Positions 38,990-49,519 are shown, counted from the first letter of the stretch. The stretch is 64,000 nucleotides of DNA from Bryobacterales bacterium (GCA_963422375.2 OY729428.2:2880001-2944000); one strand, 5' to 3'. A program made the numbers and translations. The notes: generated by a model not told the origin, from the sequence alone.

Positions 38990-39445
38990 GGAAGCTGCCG
39001 CAGGCGAGTTCAGGGCCTGCAAGACGTTGATCGCAGCGTTGACGTCCGCATCGCCGCATGGCCGCAGCGCTTGCACGTGTACCGCTTGCACCTGCGATTC
39101 GAGCCGTCCACATCGACGCACCGATGGCACGGCTGCGACAGAATGCGCGGGATTGACTTGCTCAAACCTGCGGTCGGCCCATTCTGCCTTGTACGCAGGC
39201 TGCCCTAGCAGCAGTCCCCGTGACTAGCCCAGAATCGAGCGATTCAGTCCAGCCCTCTGCTTGACGTTCGTTCCGGGCGCTTCGACAGTGCCTTGCGCGA
39301 AACGCGTCATGGTCTCGATGTTCAGGTCCTCGGCTACGAGGGTTCCGTGCTTGCGGACCAGCCGCGTGGACTTGCGATGGCAGGCGTTGCGCTTGGATGC
39401 GTGCCGCTTGCGGTGCGTCTTGCCGAGCGCACGGACCCGCTTCTT
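38990..39445 (-). pseudogene. tnpB: TnpB (IS200/IS605-family RNA-guided nuclease) C-terminal relic
   Basis: HRKSTRLVRKHGTLVAEDLNIETM (RuvC-II), GTVEAPGTNVKQRAGLNRSIL, AYKAEW, VNPAH, a degenerate zinc finger and ADVNAAINV (RuvC-III). Contains stops and frameshifts; the 5' half is absent. Confidence 0.85.
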
Positions 39446-40280
39446 GCACGAGAGCAAGAAGGCCCGCGCCGGGCGCGGGCCGGTCGGCAAGACCCCCGTG
39501 GCGGGCGCGCGGGACCGCGCCAGGAACGCAGTGGCCGCCCGCCCGCTGCCGGGCACGACCGAGGGCGATCTGCAGGGCTTCGTGCGCGGCCGGGTCGCGC
39601 CGGGCGCGCAGGTCCGCTCCGACGAGGCGGCGGCCTGCGCCGGCATGGCGGAGTTCGCGCACGAGGGCGTCAAGCACTCCGGCGGCGAGTACGTGCGCGG
39701 GGCGGCGCATACGAACGGCATCGAGTCGTTCCGGTCCCTGTTCAAGCGCGGCCTCTACGGAACCTGTCACCGGATGAGCGTCCGTCATCTCGGCCGCTAC
39801 CTCACGGAGTTCGCGGGACGGCGCAACGCCCGCAACTGCGACACGGCGGAACGGATGCGGCGCATGGCGCGGGGCCCGGTCGGCCGGACGCTGACCTACC
39901 GGCAACTGGTCGGCAAGGCCGCGGTCGCGGCCCGAGCACGGCCTGGCCGGTCCGCTGCGGCCTCTCTTCACGCTCGGTGCGAAGGGCGCTCCGGATCCGG
40001 AATCCCGCGCCGCGACCGGTGTTCAGCCCGGACAATTCCTACCGGCAGCCGCCCTGGAAGGGGAGCCTCTCCACGGCAATCCGGGTTCCACCGAGGCGCC
40101 CGAGGCGGCCTCTCCAGTCCGTGCGTCGCGAGATCCGCTTGCAGGCGCAATTCAGATACGAACCGACCTTTCGGTGCCCACCTCGGCCGCACACGAAAGA
40201 TCCGAGCTAGACGCCGACGTCCCCAATCAGAGCAGTTCTAGCCGGATATGGCGTCGTCGGCACTCAGATATATAATTCCC
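39446..40280 (+). mobile_element. IS1595-family element (lineage A), 5'-truncated
   Basis: HESKKARAGRGPVGKTPVAG, VKHSGGEYVRGAAHTNGIESF, RHLGRYLTEF. Non-coding tail and right end match those at 180-596. Confidence 0.88.
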
Positions 40281-40286
40281 TTTCAA

Positions 40287-41251
40287 ATGTCCCTTGACGA
40301 ACTCTCGCGCACGATTAGGACTCTCGCGGAGAGGATTCGAGACCACAGTGCCTTGCTGAGCACTAGCGAAGCGCGAACGCGCTTGGCACTCGTCGACCCG
40401 CTGCTGAATGCGCTGGGGTGGGACACTTCGGATCCTGCGAAGGTGAGTGTGGAGTATGACGTGGAGGGTAGGCAGGCAGACTACGCGTTGCTCGGGCCGG
40501 ACGGCAAGCCTAAGGCCTTCGTTGAGGCGAAGAAGTTGGGCGAAAGATTGGATCGAAACTGACAACAAATGCTGTCGTATGGAAACATGGCAGGTGTTCC
40601 ATACGTCGCTCTGACGGACGGGAATCTATGGAATATGTACAAAGTATTCGTCCAAAATCCAATTGAGGATCGCTGCGTATTACAGATTTCTATCACGGAT
40701 TTTCCGGTCATCTCGCTGTGCTCAAGATGTTGGGTCTGTGGCACCAAAATCTCGCATCCGGTCATGTGATAGAAGCAAGTTACACTGGAGATTCTCGAGA
40801 GGATAACACTGCAAAAGGCCGTCTGACTCGCTTCCGGAGATGCCCAAGGGAGGCAGCAATTCTACTCGGATTCCACTCTCAGATTTCAAGATCACTAAAC
40901 GGAGGGCTCCGAATTGTATTGAGTTTCCAGATGAAAAGCCAAACAACATAAAGTTCTGGAAGGACATATTGTCCTCTACTGCGCAATGGCTCGTCTCGTC
41001 GGTTAAATGAAAGCATGGTTCCACTGATGATCTCAATAGCGCAGAAGAGATGTAGGGTCAATTCAGAGCCGCGTCACCCTGATGGCACGCCGTTCAAGTC
41101 CTCAAGTGAGATCCATCACCCCGATGGCACAACCCTTTACATTGAAACCGCTACAAACTCTAATCGAATACTTGAAACATCAAAGAATCTACTGGAGCGA
41201 TTCAAGATTAGTCCGGCTACAGTATTTCTCCTAGATGATGAATCAATTTGA
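40287..41251 (+). pseudogene. HsdR_N-like PD-(D/E)xK nuclease with an extra C-terminal domain, disrupted
   Basis: SEARTRLALVDPLLNALGWD, EY..GRQADYAL, FVEAKK, QMLSY, ALTDGNLW. TGA at 40560-40562 and later frameshifts and stops. AT-richer than the flanks. Confidence 0.75.
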
Positions 41252-41696
41252 GGGGAACAATCTGGACTTGACGAACTTGGTCGCGAGCGTTTCGCCAGAC
41301 TCCGTAGGGAGATTTTCATTCAATTGCGACACCTGAGCGACTTCGGCCCAAGTCGAGGAGACGCTCCCCCCCTCCATGCAACCGACTGGCATGCCGGTCT
41401 GCTCGACCGCGTGCGGGCCAAAGACGAGTCAACTCTCCGCGGAGCCGATGCGGCCCACATCGCCGCCTTGACGGATGACCGCCAACTCGAGGGGCTCCGC
41501 GGGGCCGCCCGTCCACCTGCAGTGTTCCCGCGTGCCAAGTCGCACGCCGGTAACCGTCGAGGGTCGCGCCCTCTACTCTTCCTGCAGAGCGAACTCTGGC
41601 AGGGGATGGCTCGAAGAAACGCTACCACCAGAGCATTCGACCCATTCGAGGCACTGACGTCTTGGTAGCATGTAGCGGAAGCGAGCGAGCCCCACC

Positions 41697-44471
41697 GTGA
41701 CTCGATTCCAGAAAGCTCTCGGCACATTCCTTCTCATCGCGGCCAGCCCGCATCTCGGCGGTGCGACGTCTAGCGACGCCGAGCGCCTGTTCGCTCTCGA
41801 GGTGAAACCACTCCTCGCCGAGAAGTGCTTCGCTTGCCACGGCGAAGAGCCGAGTGCCGTCCTTGGCGGGCTGGACGTGACATCGCTGGAGGGCATGCTC
41901 CGTGGAGGTGCCACGTCCCAGCAAGTCTTGGTTCCGGGCAACGCCGGGGCAAGCCTGCTCTACGAGGCGGTGCGGCGATCGAACCCGAAGCTCCAGATGC
42001 CCCCCAAGGACAACGACCGTCTCACCGAGGAAGAGGCCTGGACGATCCGCGACTGGATCAACGCTGGAGCTCCCTGGCCGGACGAGGATACTGAGCGCCA
42101 GTACATCGCCGAGGATCGCGCCAACCCTCGCACTTCCGCCGGCGTCGTCGTCACCACGAGCGACGGACTCTCCGATACATGGACCAACCGGAGGTACAAG
42201 CACGAGGATCTCTGGGCGTTCCGTCCCGTTCGGGACGTGCGTCCGCCTGCGTCGGGCGGATCTCACCCGATCGACGCCTTCGTGAGCCGCAAGCTAGCGC
42301 AAGCGAATCTATCCCCCGGGCCTCGGGCTAACAAGCGGACCCTGATTCGCAGAGCGACCTACGACCTGACGGGCCTACCCCCGACTCCCGAGGAAATCGA
42401 GGCCTTCCTCAAGGACGAGTCGCCCGAGTCCTGGCGCAGGGTCATCGACCGCCTCCTCGAGAGCCCGCACTACGGCGAGCAGTGGGGGAGACATTGGCTT
42501 GACATCGTCCGTTACGCCGACACGGCGGGATACTCCAACGACTGGGAGCGCTCGAACGCATGGCGCTACCGGGACTACGTCATCCGCTCGCTGAATCAAG
42601 ACAAGCCATACGACCGCTTTGTCCTCGAGCAGCTCGCCGGGGACATACTGGACCCCGGAAATCCCGAGAAGCGCGTCGCCACGGGCTACCTGCGCATGGG
42701 GCCGTGGGAGCACACCGGAATGATGCAGAAGGTCGCGTCCCGTCAGCTCTACCTCGACGACATCACCAACAGCGTCGGCGAGACCTTCCTGTCGCTGCCC
42801 CTGCGCTGCGCCAAGTGCCACGACCACAAGTTCGACCCCATCCCGACACGCGACTACTACCGCATGTACTCCGTCTTCGCGACCACGCAGCTCGCGGAGA
42901 TGCCCGTGCCATTCCTCGCTTCGGAGAATCGGGACTACTTCGATCAAGAGCGGTCGCGCTTGGAGCGGCTGCTAGCAGGCGCCAGAGCCGACGCCGATGC
43001 GATCAAGGCCAAGGAAGAGAGAGCCGCTCGAGCATGGTGCGCCGAGCGAGGAATCCCGTACCAGCCGCGAGAGAAGCTCCGGGACAAGCCCGAAGGCCAG
43101 AAGCCTCCCCGCCACATCGGCTTGACGACCAAGGATCTCGGGTACTTCAAGGTCCGAAACAACGACGCCAAGATCTGGAACCGGAGACTGGAGCGCTACC
43201 AGCCCTTGGCCCACAGCGTCTACGAGGGGCCAGTCAAGCACGAGAACTCAGAAAAGCTCCGCAAGCCCGAGCCGGAAGAGATGCGAGGGGAGCCCCCGGA
43301 GTCGCACATTCTCTCAGGGGGATCCGTGTATTCTCTCGGCGAAAGGGTCACTCCGGGAGTGCTGAGCGCAATTCCGGCCAGCTTCACACCCGGCGAAACG
43401 CAAGCATCACACGAGATCCCCTCAACGATGACTGGGCGCCGCCTAGCGCTTGCACGCTGGATCGCGAGCCCCGACAACCCTCTCACAACCCGATCAATTG
43501 TCAACCGCATCTGGCAGTACCACTTCGGCCGGGGGTTGGCCGGGAACAGCAACAACTTCGGCAAGATGGGCAAGAAACCCACGCACCCCGACCTGCTTGA
43601 CTGGCTCGCCCGCAAGTTTGTCGAGAACGGCTGGTCGCTCAAGTCCATGCACCGGCTGATCATGACTTCGGAAGCATACCAGCGGAGCGACGCGCCGGGA
43701 GACCCTAGCGGGGTCGCGGAGCGGGATCCAGCGAATGACCTGCTGAGCTACTTCCGGCCAAGGCGCCTTGCTGCCGAGGAGATCCGAGATTCGATGCTCG
43801 CTGTGTCCGGGGAGCTCAACGGTGAGGTGGGCGGACTGCCGGTTTTTCCGGAAGTCAACCTCGAGTTCCAGTCCCAGCCGCGCATGAACCAAGTCACCAT
43901 CGGGCCCGCCTACCAGCCGTCCCGCACGCGGGAGCAACGGAACCGGCGTTCCATCTACGCATACCGGATGCGCATGCAGACAGCGCCGCTGTTCGAGGTG
44001 TTCAACCAGCCGAGCTACGACCTGTCATGCGAGCGACGCGACAGCTCGACGGTGACGCCGCAAGCGTTCACGTTGATGAACAGCGACAACTCGATCGACC
44101 GCTCGATCGCGATGGCGCTCCGCGTGCAGGCCGACGGCGGCTCTCTGAGGGAGCAGGTTAACCGTGCCTTCCAGCTGGCGCTGGGTCGCGACTCCAGCGA
44201 GGACGAGCGCGCCGGAATGGTCGCGCACGTGCGCGAAATGCAGACCTACCACGAACGGCATCCCCCCGAAGCGAAGGATCCGCCCCGGGAACTTGATCGG
44301 ACAGTCGTGGAGGAAATGTCCGGGCTCGCGCTCGACTACCAGGAATCGCTCGACGTGTACGACGATTACGTCCCACATGCCAAGCCGTGGGACGTCGAGC
44401 CGGAGACGAGGGCGCTTGCGGACCTGTGCCTCGCCCTCTTCAACTCCAACGAGTTCATGTATGTGTACTGA
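41697..44471 (+). CDS. PSCyt1 - DUF1549 - DUF1553 protein
   Basis: CFACH and CAKCHDHKFDP heme motifs, YGEQWGRHWLDIVRY, IVNRIWQYHFG, PTHPDLLDWLA, NSNEFMYVY terminus. Confidence 0.92.
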   Translation: MTRFQKALGTFLLIAASPHLGGATSSDAERLFALEVKPLLAEKCFACHGEEPSAVLGGLDVTSLEGMLRGGATSQQVLVPGNAGASLLYEAVRRSNPKLQMPPKDNDRLTEEEAWTIRDWINAGAPWPDEDTERQYIAEDRANPRTSAGVVVTTSDGLSDTWTNRRYKHEDLWAFRPVRDVRPPASGGSHPIDAFVSRKLAQANLSPGPRANKRTLIRRATYDLTGLPPTPEEIEAFLKDESPESWRRVIDRLLESPHYGEQWGRHWLDIVRYADTAGYSNDWERSNAWRYRDYVIRSLNQDKPYDRFVLEQLAGDILDPGNPEKRVATGYLRMGPWEHTGMMQKVASRQLYLDDITNSVGETFLSLPLRCAKCHDHKFDPIPTRDYYRMYSVFATTQLAEMPVPFLASENRDYFDQERSRLERLLAGARADADAIKAKEERAARAWCAERGIPYQPREKLRDKPEGQKPPRHIGLTTKDLGYFKVRNNDAKIWNRRLERYQPLAHSVYEGPVKHENSEKLRKPEPEEMRGEPPESHILSGGSVYSLGERVTPGVLSAIPASFTPGETQASHEIPSTMTGRRLALARWIASPDNPLTTRSIVNRIWQYHFGRGLAGNSNNFGKMGKKPTHPDLLDWLARKFVENGWSLKSMHRLIMTSEAYQRSDAPGDPSGVAERDPANDLLSYFRPRRLAAEEIRDSMLAVSGELNGEVGGLPVFPEVNLEFQSQPRMNQVTIGPAYQPSRTREQRNRRSIYAYRMRMQTAPLFEVFNQPSYDLSCERRDSSTVTPQAFTLMNSDNSIDRSIAMALRVQADGGSLREQVNRAFQLALGRDSSEDERAGMVAHVREMQTYHERHPPEAKDPPRELDRTVVEEMSGLALDYQESLDVYDDYVPHAKPWDVEPETRALADLCLALFNSNEFMYVY

Positions 44472-44579
44472 CGGAACGGTACTGGTGTTCGCGATCCACG
44501 TACGGGAACGGCGGGACCGGAGACGACGGCCGGGGCGGCTGGCTGGTCGCAGGCCACTGCGGTAACGGAGGGCATCCGA

Positions 44580-45992
44580 ATGAGGACACGACAGCTTGGC
44601 CACACTAGGAGCACTCGTCGCAGCTGGCTCTACTCCCTCGGTGCCAGCCTGGGTAGCGTCGCGTTCAGCGACCTGCTGGCCAAGGAGGACGCAGGTCCGC
44701 TGGCTCCGAAGACTCCTCACCATCAGGCCAAGGCCAAGGCCTGCATCTTCCTGGTCATGGAGGGCGGCCCGAGTCACATCGACACGTTCGACCCGAAACC
44801 GAAGCTCGAAGATCTGCACATGCAGAAGTTCCAGAGAGTCGGGGAGCAATTCTCGCCGATGTCGTCGGGCGAGAGGTACTACGTCCAGAGCCCTTACCAG
44901 TTCCGCAAGGTCGGGCAGGCAGGCATGGACATGTGCGAGCACTTCACCCACCTGCCGGAAGTAGCGGACGAGCTGTGCATCTACCGCGGATGCCAGTCGG
45001 AGTCAGTGGACCACCCGACTGCGCTGTTTCACATGAACACCGGTAACAAGTTCGGCGGCGACCCTGCCGTGGGGTCCTGGGTGACGTACGGCCTGGGGAG
45101 CGACAACCAGAACCTACCGGGCTACATCGTCCTCGCTGAAGCGGGGTTCCCGCAAGGCGGCGCCGGCAACTGGACCAACGGCTTCCTGCCTGCTTACTTC
45201 CAAGGTACGCCCCTGCGGGCCGAGGGGTCGCCGATTCTCGACATCCATCCGCCGGCATGGAAGACGCGCGAGCACCAGCGAGCGAATCTCGACATCCTAG
45301 CCGGGCTGAACCGCTCGCACCAGGCTCGGCATCCACGCCATGACGAGTTGGCCGCCCGGATGTCGAGTTACGAGCTCGCGTTCCGTATGCAAACGGAAGT
45401 TCCGGGCATCATCGACCTAAACGGCGAGCCCGAGACGGTGCGAGCAGCATACGGGTTGGACGACAAGGAAACGGCATCGTTCGGGCGTCGCTGCCTGCTG
45501 GCTCGTCGCTTGGTCGAGAAGGGCGTGCGGTTCGTGCAGATCTTCTCGGGCGGGTGGGACTCACACGACTATCTCGAACGCTCGCACAAGGCACGCATCT
45601 ACAGTATCGACAAACCAGTGACCGCCCTCGTCAAGGACCTCAGACAGCGGGGCCTGCTTGACGAGACCTTGGTCGTATGGCTCGGGGAGTTCGGGCGGAG
45701 CCCGGACAACCATCACCGCGGTGGCGGAATCGCGATCGGGCGCGACCACAACGCGGAAGCGCAGTCGATGTTCTTCGCAGGCGGAGGGATTCGGGCGGGC
45801 CATGTAGTCGGCGCGACCGACGAGATCGGACACAGGGCCGTCGAGATAGTGCATCCGATCAAGGATCTACACGTCACTCTGCTGCACTTGCTGGGTCTGA
45901 ACGACAGCAAGCTGACCTACTTCCACGGCGGAAGGTTCAAGCAGCTCTCCCAGACCGGAGGACAAGTGATCAAGGAGCTGGTGGACGCTTGA
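44580..45992 (+). CDS. DUF1501 family protein, Tat signal
   Basis: STRRSWL signal, MEGGPSHIDTFDPKP, SYELAFRMQ, LLARRLVEKGVRFVQ, GEFGRSP, GRDHN. Confidence 0.93.
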   Translation: MRTRQLGHTRSTRRSWLYSLGASLGSVAFSDLLAKEDAGPLAPKTPHHQAKAKACIFLVMEGGPSHIDTFDPKPKLEDLHMQKFQRVGEQFSPMSSGERYYVQSPYQFRKVGQAGMDMCEHFTHLPEVADELCIYRGCQSESVDHPTALFHMNTGNKFGGDPAVGSWVTYGLGSDNQNLPGYIVLAEAGFPQGGAGNWTNGFLPAYFQGTPLRAEGSPILDIHPPAWKTREHQRANLDILAGLNRSHQARHPRHDELAARMSSYELAFRMQTEVPGIIDLNGEPETVRAAYGLDDKETASFGRRCLLARRLVEKGVRFVQIFSGGWDSHDYLERSHKARIYSIDKPVTALVKDLRQRGLLDETLVVWLGEFGRSPDNHHRGGGIAIGRDHNAEAQSMFFAGGGIRAGHVVGATDEIGHRAVEIVHPIKDLHVTLLHLLGLNDSKLTYFHGGRFKQLSQTGGQVIKELVDA

Positions 45993-46110
45993 CGGCCAGA
46001 ATCCCGTCGACTGGTTGGAAGTGAGTCCCTAGCAACCGCCGGTTTCACGATCCGAACCAAGACGTTTTCCTGAGAACGAGCCATCCGAAACGCAGTGTCA
46101 CTTGGTTTCC

Positions 46111-48132
46111 CTATCTGCGTTTCCGCCCGTTGGCCCGATGATTCGCACGCGTTGGACAAGCTGCCTGCTGTTCCCGCAGTTCCTTTAACTCTCGCACAAA
46201 CCGAGTTTCTTCCGGAAGTAGATGAATGGCCTGTTCGTACGCCTCCTCTACTGATCCAAATGACTCTCGCTGCCAGTACAGGGTTCGCGCCAAGTCCCTC
46301 CAAGCCCAAGCATGGCGGATCGGAGGAGCTTCGTATTGAAGCACTCGTTCCAAGAGCTGTCGCGATTCGCTTAGCAACTTCCGATTCGTAATGCGATCCC
46401 TATCTCGGCAGGCTTTGCGAGCGGAATCCAGCTTGGCTTGAGCGAACTCATGCATCGAACGCGGATCGGAGTTGACCAAGTCACCAGCCTGCTCGAAGTA
46501 GTAGTGAGCTCTCCTCAAGTCTTTCAGCCGCCGTGCCATGATGGCAGAGTTGATGGCATCTTGGCCCCGCGTGACTTCCGGAAGTTCATTGAGAATAACC
46601 CTAGCCTTCTTGGATAACCCGGCGTCAAGCAGAGACTCGATGAGAGTGTTTGCAACATGAGGAAGGGCTGCAGTGGATCCATGCCTCTTGAATTCATCGA
46701 ATACCTGCTCTGCTTTACCAAGATTGCCACGGTCAGAAAAAAGGCGAATGAGTTCCGTTGCAAGCACTCCCGAACCAGGGTTAGCTTCCCAAGCACCTTC
46801 AATCCGGAGGACAGCGTTATTCCGGCCCCCTAATGCACGCAACTGTGCGGCGTCGCGCAGAGCTATGATTGCGCTGTATTCTGGATGGGCAGGTAGAGTG
46901 ACTCTGAAGTAGGACCTGTTGTCGTCAAAGTCAAAGCCCGGAGGGGCGGAACCATTGGCCTCCAAATCCTTGAACACTTTCCTTAGTCCAGTAAGCCTGC
47001 CCTCTGCAAGCTTGAGTTCCTTGAGGAACTCTCCGATTCGCTGGTTCCGCGCGGGTACCGGAGGAATGCGAGCCCGCGGAAGAAAGTGCTCGCGCTCCAC
47101 TCCAGGGACTGGTCCAGGATAGCTGATGATTTCCATGTGACTCGGATAGAGATAAACTTTCGTTGGTGTCGGCACACTGGGCTGATAACTGCGATGATAG
47201 ATTGCATTGACTAAGCTCTCGCGCACGGCACGGAGAGGATAGCTAACCCACCCCTGAACCTGAGGCTGGTCAGGTCGCTTGATGACGTGCGTTCCGGATA
47301 GACTTTGGAGGTGCCTCAAACAGCTACGAACTTGTTCAGTAAGAGTGCCTCCAAAAACGTGCTCTTCTTGCACATCACCGGCAGTTCCGTCAGCGAATTG
47401 TGCAACTTCAATCCTCGCTCCCGGATACCACAATGTAGGATCTTCCGAGAACAGGAGTAACCCAACATTTCTGGGAATTTCATGATCATTGATCTTTCTC
47501 GTAAGACGCATTCTTCTGTACACATCAGGCAAGCTCGGCTCGTCAAACAGGCCGCTATCTACGTCCCGCAAATACTCGCGCACCTTCGATTCCCTCATGT
47601 CTGCGATTGACGCATCGGTTGCCTGTCTCTCGTCCCACGCCACACGGGAAGATTGCTCGACGAGAGTGCGGACCATGCCCTTCTTTGATGTGTCAATTGT
47701 CTCGGAACCGAGGCGAATCCAGAACTTGCGGCCACCTGCGTCACCGTCCGGCGCTTGATGCGGTCGCATATCACTGGCTGGCACCCACACTACCAATACG
47801 TGTCGCCCGTTCATCACTTCAGGAGACAGGATGGGATGGTAGTCAGGCACGAAGCGATTGCACTGCCCTCGAATCCAACGCTGGGCGGCTTCGATCTGCT
47901 CGGGATCAACGCCGCAAGGAGGAAGAATTGCCCGGCCTCCTCGCTCCCTGACGCCGATGACAATGTAACCCCCATTTAGATTGTGATAGTCGTTCGCAAA
48001 TGCGCAAATTGTCTTAAGGACTTGATGTCCCGTCGTAGCAGGCTCCCAGCTAGCCTTGAACTCAATGCGCTCCGACTCGACACTGCTGCCTTCAAGCAGT
48101 CTGCCGATGCTGACTGGAAGAATTTGGCTCAC
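46111..48132 (-). CDS. Schlafen/AlbA_2 - HATPase_c_4-like - TPR-like fusion protein
   Basis: ESERIEFKASW, ICAFAN..GGYIVIGV; AVRESLVNAIYHRSY, ARNQRIGEFLKELKLAEGRLTG; about 250 aa helical TPR-like tail. Alternative start GTG 48198. Confidence 0.85.
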   Translation of the reverse strand: MSQILPVSIGRLLEGSSVESERIEFKASWEPATTGHQVLKTICAFANDYHNLNGGYIVIGVRERGGRAILPPCGVDPEQIEAAQRWIRGQCNRFVPDYHPILSPEVMNGRHVLVVWVPASDMRPHQAPDGDAGGRKFWIRLGSETIDTSKKGMVRTLVEQSSRVAWDERQATDASIADMRESKVREYLRDVDSGLFDEPSLPDVYRRMRLTRKINDHEIPRNVGLLLFSEDPTLWYPGARIEVAQFADGTAGDVQEEHVFGGTLTEQVRSCLRHLQSLSGTHVIKRPDQPQVQGWVSYPLRAVRESLVNAIYHRSYQPSVPTPTKVYLYPSHMEIISYPGPVPGVEREHFLPRARIPPVPARNQRIGEFLKELKLAEGRLTGLRKVFKDLEANGSAPPGFDFDDNRSYFRVTLPAHPEYSAIIALRDAAQLRALGGRNNAVLRIEGAWEANPGSGVLATELIRLFSDRGNLGKAEQVFDEFKRHGSTAALPHVANTLIESLLDAGLSKKARVILNELPEVTRGQDAINSAIMARRLKDLRRAHYYFEQAGDLVNSDPRSMHEFAQAKLDSARKACRDRDRITNRKLLSESRQLLERVLQYEAPPIRHAWAWRDLARTLYWQRESFGSVEEAYEQAIHLLPEETRFVRELKELREQQAACPTRANHRANGRKRR

Positions 48133-48204
48133 GAGAACACCCGTTTCAGCGCTGGCCGAACATGCAACCGGCTTGGCGGCGACCGCAGGAACGGTCACCC
48201 ACTC

Positions 48205-48213
48205 ATTCTAGCA
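48205..48213 (-). promoter_or_regulatory. Extended -10 promoter of the Schlafen fusion gene
   Basis: TGcTAGAAT lies 6 nt upstream of in-frame GTG 48198. Confidence 0.45.
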
Positions 48214-48679
48214 CTGGGTCCAAGCATTGGCGAAGCTCGGGCCAGCTATAGCCCAAGCAAGCCAACATCTGCAGCGCGCGACCGGAGTGCGAGGGCCATT
48301 CCAGAACGATTGTAGCGGCTGACTGCAGCCCCCAAGCGGCACAAGACCACGGCCTCCATCCGCGAGGATTCGAAGCAAGCTCGAGTGACTCTCTTGGATC
48401 TCTAGGCCATGCTCTACCGATTGCACGAGAATGCGAAACAGCCGGGCGAGCGTCCGGCCCTCTATCCTATAGTCACGCAACAATTGCGCAGCGCCCCGAG
48501 GAAGCATTGAGTTTCATGCGAGTTCAGGCACTTTCCCAATCATCCAGCCGCCTGTGATTGTCGCGGAAGCATCAGTACGAGTGGATCCGCCAGATCATAT
48601 TTCCCTAGCTACTTGATCCCTATTAGTAGATCGAGAAGGCCTCGCCTGCGCTATGAATGAAGTCTGCGGTATTAGTTAG

Positions 48680-49276
48680 TCAATTATACACAACCTGAAG
48701 GCGCTGACGCAGGAATCCCTCTGGATCCATCGCATTTGGGATGAGCAAGATGTAATTCATGTTAGCGGCGGTAATTCTGAGAGTCATTGCATGTTGATTC
48801 GCTTCCAATCTAGGATAGAAGCTGGCAAATGCAGCCCCTTTTTTCACATTCGTCATATAGGCTGCTTGATATGCAATCAACGAATTGCTTTCTCGCTGTA
48901 GGCGGACAGAAGCTTCTTTGTCGCCCAGCAGCGTTGCGAACAGCCAGTTGGACTCGAGAGCGGCCCATGCGACATTGAAGAGCATGAGCTGCTGGACAGT
49001 CGTGCCTCCCGCCGCGTTAGCCGACGTCACCACGTCCTGGGCCGATTGAAACCCGTCGCTCGGAGTCACGCCCCAGGAATCCCTGAGCGTGTGGCGCAGG
49101 ACGTCGATGCTGAACTCCTCCGTGCCGGTGAGAACCGGCAGCGCCTCGACGGCCCGGCGGGCCGAAGAGACGATCTCGAGCGCATCGTCGGCGGTGGCCG
49201 GCATGTCCGCGGCAAGCAGCCTGCCTGCCGACAAGGCAGCGATCAATGCGAACCGAATCCAAGTTGCTGGCTGCAT
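48680..49276 (-). CDS. Hypothetical secreted protein
   Basis: RBS GAGGAGG and signal peptide (WIRFALIAALSAGRLLAA). 198 aa open frame; no family recognised. Confidence 0.65.
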   Translation of the reverse strand: MQPATWIRFALIAALSAGRLLAADMPATADDALEIVSSARRAVEALPVLTGTEEFSIDVLRHTLRDSWGVTPSDGFQSAQDVVTSANAAGGTTVQQLMLFNVAWAALESNWLFATLLGDKEASVRLQRESNSLIAYQAAYMTNVKKGAAFASFYPRLEANQHAMTLRITAANMNYILLIPNAMDPEGFLRQRLQVVYN

Positions 49277-49519
49277 GCGTGCCTCCTCGCGTTAACTCCG
49301 CCGACCGCGGTCCGCCCTAGGCCGAGATCGCCGACAGCGAATCTACTCTAACCGAAACGCTCCGCATGTACTGGCACGCACACTGCACACGTGACCACAG
49401 GGGCGGCGATACTACGGTCCCGGTCCCGAACACAACTCCTTGCAAACGCGCATCGTCCGTGCAGCGACGGGCCGGAACACGGCGACTGGAAACCGGACGC
49501 CCGGCTGAGGCAGGCGTCC

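Noticed and set aside
40560..40562. Selenocysteine or stop readthrough at the in-frame TGA
   Set aside because: More frameshifts and stops follow, so ordinary decay explains it. The TGA at 26671 is likewise a frameshift product.
41255..41670. Possible gene fragment between the nuclease pseudogene and the PSCyt gene
   Set aside because: No recognisable motif or credible start.
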